Origin: Geosiphon pyriformis uo1
Taxonomy: Eukaryota; Fungi; Glomeromycota
DNA length: 64,000 bases
Reading direction: 5' to 3'
NCBI GenBank assembly: GCA_016748015.1
Contig: JAAOMT010000772.1
Coordinates: 422,386-486,385, forward strand
Within the stretch, counting starts at the first letter, position 1; every line of letters begins with the position of its first letter. Under the pieces are notes generated by a model. The model was given only the letters and a program-made list of their open reading frames with translations, was not told the origin of the DNA and did no database searches. Position numbers and translations under genes: made by a program. Positions 39,703 through 53,937 of the stretch are shown here, piece by piece.

Positions 39703-40749
39703 ATGTTTCCTTTCTTTAAAACTTCCCTTTCTACCTTTCGCAAGATTGCAGAATTAAAACATACGCCTCGTATTGCCTTTAGTTTGTCTTATTCTCAGAA
39801 TACTAATGTGACCAATAAAGTTTCTAGTTTGATTGGAAGATTTAACCCCTTTAGTAAAACAGACAAGGGAATAGACGAAAAAGAAAAAGAGGAGGCGCCT
39901 CAAACAGAGAATGTAAACCAAAAAGCAAAAGAATATCCTGTTCTCACCGATGTGCGAGCGACATTGAAAGCATATGAACGAATTGATTTATCGATTCCCA
40001 CTTCTATTGAACCAAAAAAAAGGTCGGATATATTGCCGCATTAATTGCTGATAATGTTTCTTATAAACTAATTTAGTCGAATTATTCAATATAACTGATA
40101 TTAGGTGACTAATAGTATCTTATTGAAATTTATTTCAAAAAAAAATAAAGATCGAACTACCTATATTTGGGTATTATAATTTGATTCAAAGATCCTACCT
40201 TCTCATTAAAAATGTTATGCTTTTGTTTTCGACTTAACGGTTTATATCATATCACAGTCCGAAAGAGAAACGAAAAAAGCCTATTGTATTGACAGACCCG
40301 CAGGAAATCAAAACCATTGTATATAATGTCGTTAAAAAGTATGTTGAATCTTCGACAGAAACAGAATTGCAGTCTTTAGCTTTGGATGACCGATTATTGA
40401 AATTCAACGTATGCGCCAACTCCTTTTTGTCTCTAATTTTATCACTTCCGCTATATTCCAAATTAATTTTCATCTTCCTAATTAAACCACGAAGATCCTC
40501 AAAGAATGTACCGCTGCAATAGGCAAAAGTGTCCCAAATCTTGATCTTAACAAAATCAAGACTGTCAGGGGTGCGTTGAAATTCTTCTTAAAAATTGAAG
40601 AACCTGATGGCAGAAAGGGACATCCCGTGGCTACATGGTTTGAAGAGCATAAGGACAAACTGCCGTCAAACATGCAATTCGAACCTTATGTTAAAGAAAG
40701 AAATGTTAAGCAAAGCTTGAGAAAACGCCCAAATAGACGAGAATTTTAA
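39703..40749 (+). CDS. Mitochondrial ribosomal protein mL50-like (3 exons)
   Basis: Mitochondrial presequence-like N-terminus. LALDDRLLKFNILKECTAAIGKSVPNLDLNKIKTV fits the L50 motif; ends with KLPSNMQF. Confidence 0.7.
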
Positions 40750-41153
40750 TGACTTGACATTGTGATCTTCCGATTGATTAGCATGCATTGAATCAACACC
40801 TTTAATATTCCTGCAATTGAAATGTTACTCCATGCTCTTTTCATTTCACAAATATGCGATTCACAAATTTGTGAAATTCTAATGGATGAGTTTTTTCAAT
40901 ATTGCCGAACAATAATGGTCCAATCAACCAAATTTGTCTTTGAATATTTGTAACAGATTGTTAGTCCCGTAAATTTTACTGCCTTTTGACTGGTGAAAGA
41001 GAAAATAAACTTGCACTTGGGTGTTTCAATAACCCCTCCAGCTCAAAAAGCTTACCCTTTAGCAATAGTCCAACTCAATTTCAATCACTACTCCCACTTT
41101 ATTTTTTGTTCATAAACTTTACCGAATATCCCTAATTTGATTTTTCAAAAATC

Positions 41154-43424
41154 ATGCCATTGGTGAGGCTAATATTGTTTCTTTTCAATGTCTAAACGAC
41201 AACTTTCTTTTTGTTAACCATAGGCATTTTTGATTTTCTATAACTGTTATGTAATCAAAGGAATACGCTTTACAACACAGGTAAAGCTTTCATCTTGCGA
41301 GTTATACATCATTCCTAATTGATCCTGATTGAAACTGCTATGGCTTAGTTGAGACTCTTCACTATACTTATCAGAGTGTGGAAAGAACAGATGATCCTCT
41401 AACGCGTAAAGTCATACTAATTGCCATCATTCACTTCTTCAGAGGTCTTTTCCCAGACCCTGGGCCTTGGAAGGTTCCTCCTGCGCGTAAGGTCACGCTT
41501 AGGGATACTCTTGGGATTGAAGCTCTGCCTCGTCAGCGCTTCAACAAAACTAAGAGAACTCCATATGTGCTCAATATTATGGTCGTTGGTACATATTATT
41601 CAAAGTAACCGGAGGAAATATATTTCGTTTTAACTATTCAAAACTAAGGTTAAATTTTTGATGACTTTTATTACAGGCGAAAGTGGACTCGGCAAAACCA
41701 CTTTTATGAATACATTATTCAATACTCCACTCAGGGAAGAAATTCTCCCGAAAAATCCACAATCTACAAACACCGTGGAGGTAACTCCTGTGCATTATGG
41801 TATGAATTTATCTGTTTATTCATTATATTAAATTTCCAATTATAAATATGATTAACTTTATCTAATTTAAACACGCGTTATTACACAGAATTAACTGAAG
41901 ATGGCGTTAAACTCAACCTTACTGTAGTGGACACACCTGGATTCGGCGACCAGCTCAACCGTGAACACAAGTAAGCTTTTTCATAACCTTGAGCTGCCGC
42001 TTAAATTCAATCTGGTTATTAATGGAATTTTTAATTGATTATATAGTCTCGATCCTATTGTGGAATATATTGACAATCAATTTGAAGCATATCATGCTGC
42101 CGAACGTAGCCCTGGATTTCGAACAGCCATTCCTGATACCCGAATACATATTTTATTATATTTTATTGCCCCTACTGGTCATGCGTATGTTAAAATTACC
42201 CACGTTCAACTATATTTAACTAGTTGCTAGGCGAAGTTTTGCTCTAACTTTTAATTTTTTGATCAGTCTTAAGGAACTTGATATAAAATCACTTCAGGTT
42301 TTGTCTGCCAAAGTAAATGTGATTCCAGTCATTGCAAAAGCTGATACACTGACACAAGATGAAAAGACGGCATTTAAGAAAACCGTTAGTATTGTTTCAA
42401 TTTATTGAATTTCTGATTTATATTTTTAATTAATAATTTTTTTTTAATTATCAGATATTACGAGATATTGAAGCTAATAAGATTAAAGTTTTTCCAACCG
42501 CATATCCTGACGATAGGGAAAGTGTTGAGGAGCTGGAGGTACAATTAATACTTTATATTAGCGTATTCAATTTTAAGTTCGTATATTTCAAATCAGACTG
42601 TTTTTAATTTTGATTTTTTTATAGAAATATATTCCATTCACCGTTATAGGCAGTGACAACTTTGTAGATGCCGGTGGGAAAAAAGTACGAGGAAGACATT
42701 ACCGATGGGGCATTGTTGAAGGCATTTTATTAATTTGATTTTATCTTGTTGCCAGCACGCTATCCCATTTCATTTGGACCAAATTTTGCATACTGACATT
42801 ATGTAATATTTTAGTTGAAAATGAAAAGCATTGTGATTTTATTCATCTTCGTGAACTCCTTATGACCCACGCCCTTCATGATATCCTTGAAACTAGTCAC
42901 ACGGTTCATTATCATAACTATCGTGCTGATAAACTTCGCTCCAATGGTCGTCCAGAATCGATCTTAGCCTGTGATGAATCATATGAGCATAGAATTGAAC
43001 GAAGTAAACAGAATATGGCAGAAGACATGGTTAGGAAAGAGGAAGAGATGAGACAAAATTTTGTATTAAAAGTTCGAGAGAAAGAATCAAATTTGAGAGA
43101 ACGAGAAGAACAGGTAAGATGTTACTCTAAATTTAAAATTGTGGTTTCTTGGCTGTAACAGCAAAAATTATATGATATTCCTTTTGCTTAAACAGCTCAA
43201 TCAACGCCGGCAACAACTTATGGCGGAACTAGAAGAACAACGTTTAGCACTTGCAGCCGAAGAACGCGAATTCCAAGAGTTGTATAACGCAAACCGTGCG
43301 GCCAGGTAAATATGACCATAATGTGCTTGCTTATTACTTTATTCCAATACTCAAGAGATCTCTTTCCTTTCCGTCCTACAGCAGTGTCTCGAAAGGGAGC
43401 AAGATTTTCGGCAAGAAAAATTAA
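41154..43424 (+). CDS. Septin (multi-exon)
   Basis: [61 protein letters not shown] and a C-terminal coiled coil. The 5' micro-exons are approximate. Confidence 0.95.
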
Positions 43425-43975
43425 ATATTCTAACCTTCGTAAATTTATAATTATTTTTAATTAGTTTAATCTCCCATTTCATAGAATTTTCAATCTGTAT
43501 TATCACGAATGATTCCTTTATTTATTGCACATCTTAGAAATCATATTATCACCCATTAGTGTGTCAATCTCAACTTGATGTATTTTTTATGGAGTAGTCT
43601 TAGAAAACGGGGGTTGGGTTTTAGGAGCCATTTTGTTTATTTCTCACTTAGAAACTAAATTTAGTAAAAGTTTTAAATGACATTTTATGCACTTGATATT
43701 TATCCATATATACTCTGATTTTAATTGAATTTGGTTTATCAATAAATATTGTTAAAGAATAATTGTATAATTATTTTTGAAATATCCACAAAGTCAATAT
43801 TCGTAGAGATAGAAAATGAATGTAATTAATTGAGATATAAAAAAATATGAATGGTGAGCATATTTTTATTCGGGAGAATTATGAGGGTTTTTCTTTTAGA
43901 GAAAACAAATACTTTCAAATGAATAAAAAACGCTTTTCCAAAGCTTCTTGATGAACCTTTTTGCTTTACGAATCA

Positions 43976-44836
43976 TTAATAATTTGCTGAGAAATAGTTC
44001 CTTGCGGAAATATAACTCTCCAAATTGCCCACATCAATACGTCCTTCTACTCTGAAACCATAAAAGGTCTCGTGACATTCGTTTATTACCCAAGCGATAA
44101 ATTTTCCTGTCGCATCACGTTCTTCTAAAGCTTCGCCTTTATCCTTTGATTGCTCTAGAAAATCTCGAATTAATCTAACCACCTTACTGCGCAAGAAATA
44201 GAAACAAGGGCAAGCGTATCGAGAACTAGTATTTTGAGCCGATGGTTTTTCTAAGAAATACTGGATCTTTAACAAAACTTTCCCTTCCTTTGCTTGTTTT
44301 TCATCATCCTTTAAAGCTAATATTCCTACGTTACTCATTTCATCGTCTGATACGCAATAGGTGGTGACTAAAGATGCCTCCTGAAAATTCTCTATAAACA
44401 TTCGCAAAACAGATTCAAACGAAAAGCTTTTTAAAAACAAAGTATCCCCACCAATTATCAGCAGCTCCTCATTAGTCCATCCAAAATGTTCTACCGCAAA
44501 TGCAATATCACCTACGGCACCGATACGAGTCTCATTTGTATCCGTACCATCAGTGATGACATTTGTTGAGGGTATGCCATTTTGCGTGGCCCATGTAAGG
44601 AACTTATCGTAGAACCTATTGTTAGTTACCACGTGTACCAAGCTTGAAATTTCAATTTTCACGTCACGAAAAATGTTTAGCCAGTGGGTAATAAGAGGAT
44701 AGTTGTTTGGACCAAGTGGGAGCAACGCTTTTGGAATATTCAACAAGTGGGCATATCCACGGTTTTGGTCTGCAATAATATCTCTTTGAAGGCGTGTGCC
44801 ATACCCCGCGGCGAGAATTAGAATTTTTAAGGGCAT
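43976..44836 (-). CDS. Sugar-phosphate nucleotidyltransferase (NTP_transferase family), intronless
   Basis: ILAAGYGTRL, PKALLP, IIGGDTLF, FLEKP, ACPCFY, RIDVGNLESY. Confidence 0.9.
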   Translation of the reverse strand: MPLKILILAAGYGTRLQRDIIADQNRGYAHLLNIPKALLPLGPNNYPLITHWLNIFRDVKIEISSLVHVVTNNRFYDKFLTWATQNGIPSTNVITDGTDTNETRIGAVGDIAFAVEHFGWTNEELLIIGGDTLFLKSFSFESVLRMFIENFQEASLVTTYCVSDDEMSNVGILALKDDEKQAKEGKVLLKIQYFLEKPSAQNTSSRYACPCFYFLRSKVVRLIRDFLEQSKDKGEALEERDATGKFIAWVINECHETFYGFRVEGRIDVGNLESYISARNYFSANY

Positions 44837-45007
44837 TAGAGATTAAGTAATAGACCCTATCTGGAAGACGTCTTGGGGTAGGGCTTTGAAGTTCATTATT
44901 CCTGTTGTTCTGATCATTAGGCGTAGTCGAATTTCACATTTTCAATAAAATTGCGCGTGACGAATTCTCTTCGATTTTTTATTGGCACCCAAGTCTCCAA
45001 GAACAAA

Positions 45008-45488
45008 ATGAACAACCCTGTTGGAAGCTCTACTCTTCAAAATATTAACATTCCGGCCAATCTCAACACACAAAAAATCGAAAACCCTCACGAAGAGCAA
45101 CAAAACTCACTGTTGATTCGTGTCGTTTCTCATGTTGTAAGTAGAACCGTGCTACGCAAATTTCACAAAAAGGATTTTAAACCTGAGGAAAGTCTTGTAT
45201 CATGATTTTTGATATCTAATACGTCTATTCACTTTTATCCTTGCACTTTACATCTCTAAAGCAAAAACTTAATGACGTGATGGAAGAAGTGACGGCGCGT
45301 TTACAAGTAATAATAAAATATATTTCAATATTCCTTTGCTGTAACGATTTGCATTATTTCAAATAATTTCATAGGAAATCAACGAGTACAACCGTGATAT
45401 TGTGACCTTGTCACACGTTTGGGGAAACTATACAAGAAATGTGATGTTCAATTTGGAAAGTATCCAGCGATTGAACGATCCAAAGTAA
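45008..45488 (+). CDS. DAD4: DASH/Dam1 kinetochore complex subunit Dad4 (3 exons)
   Basis: Spliced ENPHEEQQNSLLIRVVSHVQKLNDVMEEVTARLQEINEYNRDIVTLSHVWGNYTRNVMFNLE matches the Dad4 pattern (ENPHE..RI...V.KLN..IN..N..W.NY...V.FNLE). Confidence 0.85.
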
Positions 45489-45716
45489 AATATAAATTGA
45501 AAATATTTCCAGTTTTCAATCTCACTTAGAAATTTGTAGAAATTCCACCTCGATAACAATTAAATCGACGGCTCGTCTTGAAATTTCTATATAAAATACT
45601 TGGATTCGATCCTGATAACGATTCTAAAATTAAACCATCCCTGAACCGAAATTCCATTAGAAAGCATTTTCAAGAATCCAGGTAGATTTAGAAGGGAAGG
45701 CGTGCCTTGCACTGAT

Positions 45717-47367
45717 CTAGTTCCCTCCGTAGAAAAAATGAATCAAACGATACCGAATCAAGAATCCCAGAGAGTTTGCTAATACTTGAATCACCATTAT
45801 TACGATTGTCAACGTACGTTCGTGCATCGGCCCAATTTTGAGAAGCAGAAGATTTATCAGCGTGAAATTGTTCACTTCTATTATTCCATTTTCCACTATT
45901 TTAATCTCGGCTAGCCCGAAATATGCAAATAATTTAAGAATAAATAAATTTATATATCGATGTGGAGCTTCAAGACGTACACTACTGTATTCTAGCTTGT
46001 TGGTTGATTGGTTGAATCTATAAAAAAAGAATGTGAGATCGTGAGGCATTTCGATCAAAGATAATTATTTGACCTACTTGGGCATTCGATGTCTTGGACA
46101 GTCTATGAGCCTGAACAATTGTGGAGTTGAATACAGAAAATTAAATATTTGAGGGATAAAAAATAACATCATTGTTTTACTAAAATGTCCAAGTATCCCA
46201 ACAACGGCAAATATCATTCCTGCAAAATAACAATAGGTATCTCCGACAAATACTTTAGAAGGATACCTATATATTAACGAGAATCATGAGTAAAGCTTCA
46301 GCTAAACAAATTTAACATAAAGCAGCCTACCAGTTATGAAATAACAATCCCATAGTCACCCCTATGAAAGGTAGAATGAGAAAGAGAGAAAACAAATGTG
46401 CCTCAACTGCTGGGTCTGCATCATTCAAAAATAACCAATCATTTATAGCTATTGAAGAAGCAATCACTAAGGATTGTCCAGCTTCTATTCCATTCACACC
46501 AGCTAGAATGTTTATAGAGTTTGTGCAAAATACTGCTACCATCCCCATGTAAATATAATAGACAAATCCTAAAGAATAAAGATTGATTAATCGAGATGTT
46601 AATTTAATTAAAAGATCCCGATTTACCTAAGTCAATTATTTTTCCCAGAAAAAACCGTAACGGGATAGGAACAACAATATGTGTCTCGCCAAAATTCACG
46701 TAATATACCATTAATAATGGAATTGATGCAATTGTGGGCAAAAACAATTTATATCGCCATCGAATGTCAAAGACGTCATCAGCAAAGCCGAGAAAAATCA
46801 TAGATTGTAAGGACAATAATGCCGATAAAAATTCCCCCAGCTAAAAATAAAGAATCAAGCAGAATTAGAAATCTTCAAACCAAAAAAAACAGATTATTTT
46901 ATAATATGTTACCTTATTGTGGGGAAAGGTTGGGATGTGAAATACTTCTTTGCGTGAAAGGATCCCCCCTGTTCCCGTTAACCATTCCATAAAAGGAAAC
47001 GGGATGAATAAAAACAAACAAACTAAATAAACAGTCGCGCATACAACGCCCATACTTTCCGGTCTATAAGTAGAGTAAAGGGCATTAAAAAGGCTTGATT
47101 TAAAAAACGAGTTTTTCTTTAGAACCTATAAAGAAACTATTTAGAGTTGAATTACATGATAGGCTTTTTAGGCTTATTGATATCATGCCCTATAAGCTTA
47201 GCTGCGAGAAAACTTTCTTTCAACGCAGGGATGAGATGCCAGGTTGTCGCGAAGCCCAATAAAGAAAACCCAACGGCCGTTATTAAAGGATCGTGATTAG
47301 TATTAAAGATAAGAAGGCCGGCGACAGAACTGGGGATTAGGGTTAGGAAAGAGATAGTCAAAGACAT
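45717..47367 (-). CDS. ALG7: UDP-GlcNAc:dolichyl-phosphate GlcNAc-1-P transferase (multi-exon)
   Basis: [68 protein letters not shown]. Confidence 0.97.
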
Positions 47368-47512
47368 TTTGTAAAAGGTGGGGATTCGGTGAAGTAGAAG
47401 AGGGATGGGCACCTGGATTTTAATTCCGCTGCACTCATCAAATTTGCAATTAAATGCACAGTCAATGTGCTACACATCTAATTTTATTCCATACAATCAA
47501 ATACTTATTTTT

Positions 47513-48498
47513 ATGGAAGGTGACAAGAAATCTGAGGTTGCCAAGCTAAAAGTCTCAGAAAACGTATGTGCAGCTCATTCCTTCATTCTTTACTGGGTTG
47601 AGTTTTGTGCTATTGTCGACCAGCCACATTCACTAAATTACCTCTAAGTTCTCACCCATTACAGTCGAGGATCGTTCAAAATTTAGAAACTATATTCGAC
47701 ATTTTGTTACTGAAACAATCGGTGACAAAGCCAAAGATCCTGGAAAAGTATTTGATGAGAAGATAAAAGACAAGGTCATATTTCTCGATAATCCCCCGAA
47801 ATCCTCAGAAAAAGCTAAATGGAAACAAATAGAAAAAATGAAACATGCCCGATTTGGCAGAGTTATGACAGCCAAGGAAAAGCGTATTAGTCAAATTTAT
47901 CATGTGCCAAAAGAAGCTTGCAAGTATGTCCCCTCAATTTTTTCCATATTCTCCCTTCGGAGAAAATATAATGAACTATCCATTATCGATTATTTATCAA
48001 AAAAGATTCGAACTTTATGAGCCCCTCCACGAACTTTGGAAAGGATATATGAATGAACTTTGGGGTCATAAAAACACAAATTATCAGGCGCTCACCCCGA
48101 AGCTTTTAAAGGCCGACCTTCATGGAGCACTCATTACAGGTAAAACAATTTTTTGACTTAATTTTGATTTTATATATTCTTAATTAAACAGTTTTACAGT
48201 TCGTAAATCAACATGTGCTTCCTTCCTTGGAAAGTCAGGAATTTGTATCCAGGAGACTGCAAATATGTTGAAGTTAGTGACGCGAGATAATAAATGCATA
48301 AGTAAGTAAAACACTTGAATTCTATCCTATCATTTTAACCATAATTTATTCTGTTTTAAAGATATCCCTAAAGGGTACAACATTTTCACTTTCGAAGTCC
48401 GTGGTATTCTCTTTTATATTCACGGTAATCAGATTAGACAGCGGGGTGCAGTCCGTGCCAACAAAAAATACAAAACAAAACCGACAATTGATCTTTAA
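47513..48498 (+). CDS. POP4: RNase P/MRP subunit p29 (multi-exon)
   Basis: YEPLHELWKGYM, KLLKADLHGALITV, GICIQETANML, IPK..IFTF, IHGNQIRQR..RANKKYK. Confidence 0.92.
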
Positions 48499-49521
48499 GT
48501 ATTATTCAAACCCAATGATATTGAGATAAGTGGATTATTGGTTTAAAAATACTCATCTAACATTTTGTATAAAGGCTTTATCTATTACTGATCTTTGGAT
48601 TTATCTTAGCGTATTATTAAAGCTAGATTCTACTAAGGATGATAATTTTTCTCACAGCTGGATTTTATTTCAATTGAGAAATTTCATTTACTCATTACAC
48701 TATGCATTCTACTATGGCTATTACTCGTTATTGAAAGGTTTAAGAGTAGAATATGATTAAGGCCTTTTGAGTGCACAAAATCGTACAAATTGAGAAGCTT
48801 TGTCTTAAATTGAATGTTTTGAAATTGGATTTTATGAAATATTTTTGCAAAATACGTTTTATTAATCAATAAATTGTTATTTCTTCGAAATGATAAAAAT
48901 TTACTAAAATTATAATTTGAATACTTTTAGGTCAATGATTTTATTTTAAAATTCTCTGAAATTACTTTTGAGATTTAAACATATATATATATAATTTTAA
49001 AATTTAAATTTTTAAAAGGTTTAATCAGTAAAAATAGAATTTCATAATTTATCAAATTTTCAAATACTATCTTTGTCAAAATTAAGGATCAAAGCCAAGA
49101 GTTTCAAAATAAGCTTTTTAACATTATTCACAGCCTCAGCGAGTTTTATTAGATAATCTCAACTCTTAAAAGTTGAATCTATATGCCACGTTAAATCTGA
49201 AGATAATCAGATAAGATGAACAGTCCATAATTGAATAAGGATGTCGATTTTGAAAAACTAATTGTACAATTTTTTTAAAGAATATTGTCCGAATCTCCTC
49301 CCAATTAATACAAATCTCTCAAATTTACAAACGAAATTGCTTGTGAAAACTAGTTGGGAATGCCTAATACCTCCCCCTCCTTTCACATGTATGCAAGAAT
49401 TTTTTCGATGTTGGGTTCAAAAAAGAATGCAGGACTCAACAAAATCAAAATATTTGGATGAGGGATAATTGCTGAAAGGAAATAAGCATGATCAAAAGAA
49501 ACCACTTGAATTCCAGAGTAT

Positions 49522-50887
49522 TCACACATATAATTGGAGCATGCTGGCCTTTTTCACTTTTGAGTTACAACTTGGGCACCATTTTTTCGTCCCAGACAAA
49601 AAATGTTGTGCGCATACTGCACAAATTATATGCGAACAACTAAATGTCCAAATTCCTTCCCCTAGTAGGTTATCACATTCAGCACAGATTAAAATCATCG
49701 ATTCATTTAGATTGGTTGCATGACCCGGTGAAAGTGGTTTGTTTGAAGTAGAAGTATTTCTGCGAACTGGAGGTGCCGAGCGAATCTCAATTTCATCATT
49801 GTTATAGGTGTTAGAATTTGTATTGCTATTCCTGTTGTGGTTATTGTTGCTGTTGTTGTTGCTATTGTTATTATGGCTATTATTTGTAATATGGCTATTG
49901 TTGAAAAAGTTATTGGTGCTACGGTTTCCACTTGATTCATTGTTCGTTGAACCTGAAAAATTGAAATCGTAAAGAGGATTATCTGTTAAATTATCGGCCG
50001 TAACATCAGCCTGGTTATCGTGTGGATTAAAAATCGGGGTATCGTAAAGTAATTCGTTGGCTGTGAATGTTACACGAGACGTGTTATATGGATGAAAAGC
50101 AGAGTTGTGCGGTCGTTGGAGTACATGACCACTTAATAAAGCGTTCAAAATACCTATAAACAAATGATTCACAGTAATCTAGCCTCAAAAATCAATTTTT
50201 TAAAATAATAATTTGCCAAAAATTCAAGTTCGTCCCCCTTGAAAAACTCCAGTCAAGGTTAGGAATCTTATTGAAAGAAAGTGAGATTAATTGCTTACCT
50301 GAAACAAAACGGCGGTCACGAATAGGACCAACTCCACTAGTTATACCACTAAAACCAGAATTAAGAAAGTTCGTCGATGACGATGTACTACCACTACCAT
50401 TATCTCTACGCCTATTAAAATCATTAGTGCTGCTGCTGCTACTGGAATGATCATTGAAGAGCACTATCGGTGATTGTACTCTTGCCAGCGCCACAATATC
50501 ATTACCAATGTCTTCATTAAACATGTTGGTTCTTATTGTTGACGAGGATGAAGACGATGACCCTCCACTCTGATCTGGTACAACCTGCCCGGTAGCCTGT
50601 CCTATAATTATGGTATTTGTGTTACAATGATTAAGCAAGCTTTCTTGTGTCCGAGAAGAAGAGATAGTACTCATGACATCTGTGTCTTCGTCACTGTCGA
50701 TTACAACTATCTCGATTGGTGTTGGAGCTATAGCGTTCCGGCGACGTGGTAATCTCGATATTCGAGAGGGTGAGGCGGGAGTTATTGCCCCTATCCTTCG
50801 TCTTCTTATACGATTACTATGTACAGTCGTCTGTGTGAGGTCAATTGGGGATTGGGGACTTGTTATTAATGTATGTGTGGCAGACAT
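49522..50887 (-). CDS. SIM-containing RING E3 ligase, RNF4/Slx8-like STUbL candidate (2 exons)
   Basis: N-terminal SIM-like PIDLT and IEIVVIDSDED, then a disordered middle. C-terminal C3HC4 RING CAEC..CSHIICAVC..CPSC ending LQLYV*. Confidence 0.7.
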
Positions 50888-51882
50888 TTTGAGCCGGTTT
50901 TTCTTCAAAGAAGAAAAATGTTTTAGGAAACAGTAGTAATGAAAAGAAAGAACAAAGTCCTACAAGCTTTTCGTAGATGGTACAAAAGTTATTGAGGGTA
51001 ATAAAATAAAAGGAGTACAGTCGGGCGCCTCAAAAAGCTTGCAAGTTTGATGAGTACCGATTTTGAATAGGAAAACTTTGGGTTTATCAAAATTGTTGAA
51101 TTTACTCATTGATTTATACCCACGATTGGTCAGCTTTTCGTGAGTCTAAAAGACCAAAAATTTCGTAACAATTACAAATCACTAGGAAAACAGGTTAGCT
51201 AAACAGGGTACCAGATAAAAATATTTCAAAACAAACCTTTTTTGTTACAAATTTTATAAACATAATTTACCAAAATTAATTGTTATTATTATTAAAAATA
51301 ATAATTTAATTATATATATACCTATTTAAAAAAGTTTAAAATAAAGTTTAATCATTAAAAAACAAAATTACTTTGGTTTCCAATTTAATTTCTATAAAAA
51401 AAGTGCTAAAATCTTAACAAACCCAATCTCTTTTCAAGGTTCTTAAAATGTTAAATTTTTCAAATGGTTGCAATCATCGAATGTCTCTTATTTCTTTCTC
51501 CACTACCCTTACTTTGCTTGGAGTCTTTTGCCTGAAGTTTGATTTTTTATATCGTATTCCCTAAATAGAAATAAAATTCCCAGTTCATCCCGCCTAAAGT
51601 TTATGCGCAATACAATTTGTTAGATGCTTCCAACACTAATTAACTGATTCCCAGCGAATTTGTCGAGACTATTCAAAAATTCTGAGGAGGATATATTTTA
51701 TTTGAAATAATAATAATCAATCGAACGAAATGCTCATTCTTTTTCGGCTGACAGACTTTAAAAATAATGCTCGAAGCGGTTTTTGTCATTCTAAAGTAAA
51801 CTCAAATATTTTTATGGATAAAATAAAAGTCGGTTTTTTCTAACTCAATAACGACACACTAAAAATGATAGAGGAGAGTAAA

Positions 51883-53723
51883 CTAAACTGATCCTGAAAT
51901 ACCCAATTTGTCCAGCGATCGAATACCCTCCTCCTCCCATTCCTGCTTGGTTATCCACCAAGATTCCCGATCTTTCATAATATTAGCTAAGACTGCACCA
52001 CCCAGAAACACCATGTGTTTACGGCGAGGAGGATCTTCAATACGAATTTTTAATTTCTAAGGTTATTGATATAAAAGAGAATGGTATCAAATTAGAGAAA
52101 TTTTGAGACTTATGTTAGATCATCAATTGCTCCAATAATTTGTACAAACCTGTAATCTTGAATTATCACCATTTGCCACCCTTTCCAAATATAATTGCTT
52201 GAGCTCTTTCTCAAGACGACTTGGCAACCCTGGATACATTGATGACCCCCCAGATAGCACAATATGACGGTATAATTCAGACCTAACGTCGAGCGCGGCA
52301 TCTTGAATTGCCTCAAAAAGCATCTCTTTTCATAACAATATGAATGAATGAATGGGTTGGGTAAGCACCAATAAGAATGTAATAAAAATGAATTAATATC
52401 GATATTTACCAGCAACGCCATCCTGTTCATTATCAATTAAATGAGGTTGGAACATGCACTCTGGAGCTTCAAATCGCTCCGAGCCAACTTTTATGACACG
52501 TCCATCAGGAAGCTTTGGGAGCGCAATAAGATTGCATCAAATAAATTTTAGATTTGATCATATATTACAAAACGAAAATAGAATTAAAGCTACCATGCTT
52601 CAATAGTTTTTTAAATACCGTATAATTTTCGACTAGCACTGTAGTCTCATTTGCCAGCTTTTGGTCTAGCTGAAGATCATAACTAATAGACAAGGTTGCA
52701 TAAGATGAGGCGTTAACCTAGCATTCAAAAGTTGGAGGTACAATTAACTCCTTACCGACAATGAGTTTGTACCTTACATAACAAAGTTTTTCTTTAATTT
52801 GGCGCACTGTTTCAAAATCTGCAGTACGGTTGAAAGCGTATCCCCTAAGCAAGAGCAATTTTATAAGGTATCGTGTTACATCACGACCAGCAACATCCAG
52901 CCGACGAGTCTGATGGGGCAGGGCAAACCCATCGTATATTGGAACGATATGGGTTACACCATCACCAGAATCTACAACAACACCAGTGAGGAGCCCTTGA
53001 AAACCCAAAACCAAGAAAGACCCTAAGAATTTGCAAAAAAAGCAGAATTGATCATTCTAATATCATTATATCCAACCTTGCGCATAAAGTGTCAACACAG
53101 CCTGAATTGATACGTAGACTCCTTGAAACCCATACTCTTCAAACATTGTGCGCACCATCTCTCGTCGATTGACCAGTGGATTCATGGGTGGCTCCGTCAA
53201 AAGCACTTTACATTCACGAGGGTCAACCTTCAACTTTTCATAAAAGGTGTAATTCCACAAATGTTTCATATCTTCCCACTTTTTTATGATTCCATTCTCC
53301 ATTGGGTAAGACATTTGAAGGATCGAACGAACTTCGGCAGCCTCATCTCCAACCATAATATCTTTCACCTCTACATTTCCAACCTTCTCTTCAGCTCGAA
53401 GAATAGGGCGACCAACCACGGAAGGGAAGACGTGTTGAGGGAAATTTGAGCCGGCATATCCGACTTTAACGAACTAAGTTGAAAAATTAAACTTTATAAG
53501 CCAAGAGTACCAAATACCAAGAATAAAAATCTATATCGCATTTTGTTTTCTCTGGTAAAATAGGTGTGCTGATAAGTAAGGTGTCTTTGACCATATTCGA
53601 AAATTCCCATAGGAACGATACATATTCTTTAATAGGCGTTTGGAAGTAGTAAATCATTCGTATCTGTTGAGAAAAACTTACACCTGTTCCATTATCAACT
53701 ACAAGAGTCCTTGAGGCATCCAT
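51883..53723 (-). CDS. ARP2: Actin-related protein 2 (multi-exon)
   Basis: [91 protein letters not shown]. Confidence 0.98.
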
Positions 53724-53937
53724 AATAGAGATTGTCTATTTAAATTTCGTTTGAAATAAAAGAACACAAAATTTCCCGTGATTCTGAAATTTGCCCAAAG
53801 CGAAAAACTTATATGCAAATAGAATTTTATCAATGCAACCTGCCAATCGCCAACATAAATTTCGTAGAAAATTCAATCACTATTTAGGAATTTTTTTTTT
53901 TGTATTTTCTTGCCACTTCCGACTTTTCTGTAATAAA

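Noticed and set aside
46255-46270. GTATCCTT on the minus strand as a U12-type donor in ALG7
   Set aside because: It is exonic, encoding W|YPSKV immediately after a canonical acceptor.
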